In this document: positions 62,931 through 64,000 of the stretch, one piece after another
Numbering within the stretch: position 1 is the first letter of the stretch
Layout of the letters: the number at the start of each line of letters is the position of its first letter
DNA from: Escherichia phage 310Ecol104PP
Direction: 5' to 3' (one strand)
Length of the DNA: 64,000 nucleotides
Sequence record: OR062946.1
The notes under the pieces: generated by a model
What the model was told of the DNA's origin: nothing
Database searches by the model: none
Seen by the model: the letters and a program-made list of their open reading frames with translations, nothing else
Program-made: the position numbers and the translations under genes

Positions 62931-63368
62931 CTAGCTTACACGAACATTAATCACTGCGCTGCGAGGAACTACAGAGTACTCTCCAGCATGAACTACGTTC
63001 AGAAGTTCAACACCATCTTCAATCCACTGATCAGTCACCCATCCACCCACAGGATTCGCGAATGGACGACGAATATAAACTGCCTTACACAGTAGATCAG
63101 TTGGATCTTCAGGTTTTTCAATTTCTGTCAATAGACTAAAATCTTTTTCATAAATAATAAGCGGTGATACCATTCCATAATAGTTTCTAATTTCAATATA
63201 CATCATACCGATAAGAATTCCGCTATTAACACTAATAACAGTAAAAGGATATCCGCCAGTTAAACCAAGAAGTTCACAAAACTTATTATGAGCTGTATTA
63301 GACAGTACCGAAAAATTCTTAATTTCATCAAATTTTTTCAATTGATAAACAGCATTATTTTTAATCAT
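62931..63368 (-). CDS. hypothetical 145-aa protein, paralog of the preceding ORF
   Basis: C-terminal motif VTDQWIEDGVELLNVVHAGEYSVVP. Confidence 0.45.
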   Translation of the reverse strand: MIKNNAVYQLKKFDEIKNFSVLSNTAHNKFCELLGLTGGYPFTVISVNSGILIGMMYIEIRNYYGMVSPLIIYEKDFSLLTEIEKPEDPTDLLCKAVYIRRPFANPVGGWVTDQWIEDGVELLNVVHAGEYSVVPRSAVINVRVS

Positions 63369-63378
63369 AATTTTCTCT

Positions 63379-63921
63379 TTAATCTAAGGTAATAAAGCCT
63401 TTTAATTCGGCATGTGACTTGCGGAACATTACTTGATGCCCACCAATGATAACTTTATCTTCAGGTACTTCGTATACAGCGAGATAAAATCCTTTAGAAG
63501 CTAATTCTTCACGCTCTTCTCGTGTGAACCATCTCATCATATCATATTCACTAGCAAAAGCAAAATGATAAAGAGCTATAAACCATCCTGGAATATAGTA
63601 ATCTACGCCTACATATTCTTCTTTCTCAAAATTAGTATTAATTGCTATATTAGCATTTTTAACTAATAGTTTGTCTTCGTGCGGAAGAGGAATTCTTTTA
63701 TTATCATTACTATGATGCATAAAATTAGGTCTGTCATAACCTACGTGTAATAACCACTCTTCGCTCCATGAATCCATTATACTCCTGTACGGCGTTATTT
63801 GAACACAAAGATCTCGACGTATTGTTATAGCATCTTCATAATTAAGAATACTAAATGATGATTCAACACGATAAATTTTCATTTTATTATCCTCAGTAGC
63901 TATGGTGTTATAATACCACAA
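63379..63921 (-). CDS. hypothetical 180-aa protein
   Basis: ORF with good coding appearance; no motif recognised. Confidence 0.45.
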   Translation of the reverse strand: MWYYNTIATEDNKMKIYRVESSFSILNYEDAITIRRDLCVQITPYRSIMDSWSEEWLLHVGYDRPNFMHHSNDNKRIPLPHEDKLLVKNANIAINTNFEKEEYVGVDYYIPGWFIALYHFAFASEYDMMRWFTREEREELASKGFYLAVYEVPEDKVIIGGHQVMFRKSHAELKGFITLD

Positions 63922-64000
63922 CTAACCGAGGAAGTAAACAACTTTTTATCGTTTTGTTGGAAGAGATAGAGGATCGCACTCTTCCTCTGACGGAGCATCT

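Overview
This window reads as a contiguous stretch of a T-even (T4-like, Tequatrovirus-type) lytic phage genome; every call rests on reading the supplied ORF translations against remembered T4 proteins, gene order and motifs, with no database search run. The gene order runs uvsY, baseplate hub genes 25-26-51-27-28-29-48-54, two tandem Alt-family ADP-ribosyltransferases, DNA ligase (30) with its 30.1-30.9 small-ORF train, rIII, 31, cd with cd.1-cd.5, pseT, spanins, alc, rnlA, denA, nrdB, nrdA, td, frd, 32, 59, 33, dsbA, rnh, long tail fibre genes 34-38, holin t, asiA, arn, motA, 52, ac, stp, ndd, denB, rIIB, rIIA, 39 and a trailing block of small ORFs. It is not wild-type T4: td and nrdB are uninterrupted, topoisomerase gene 39 is one contiguous 606-aa ORF, gp37 is long with a C-terminal chaperone-like domain, and gp38 is the glycine-rich adhesin type, all pointing to a T2/T6-like relative. 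Regulatory signals recognisable by eye include late promoters (TATAAATA), MotA-box middle promoters, a family of GTTTAC early promoters and many C(UUCG)G-type hairpins. I cannot point to one demonstrably new system. The best candidates are the intact second Alt paralog, an extra 119-aa ORF between frd and td, the NADAR-like/HAD pair downstream of ligase, and several cassettes of small acidic or hydrophobic ORFs (30.x, cd.x, arn-motA, ndd-denB, post-39).
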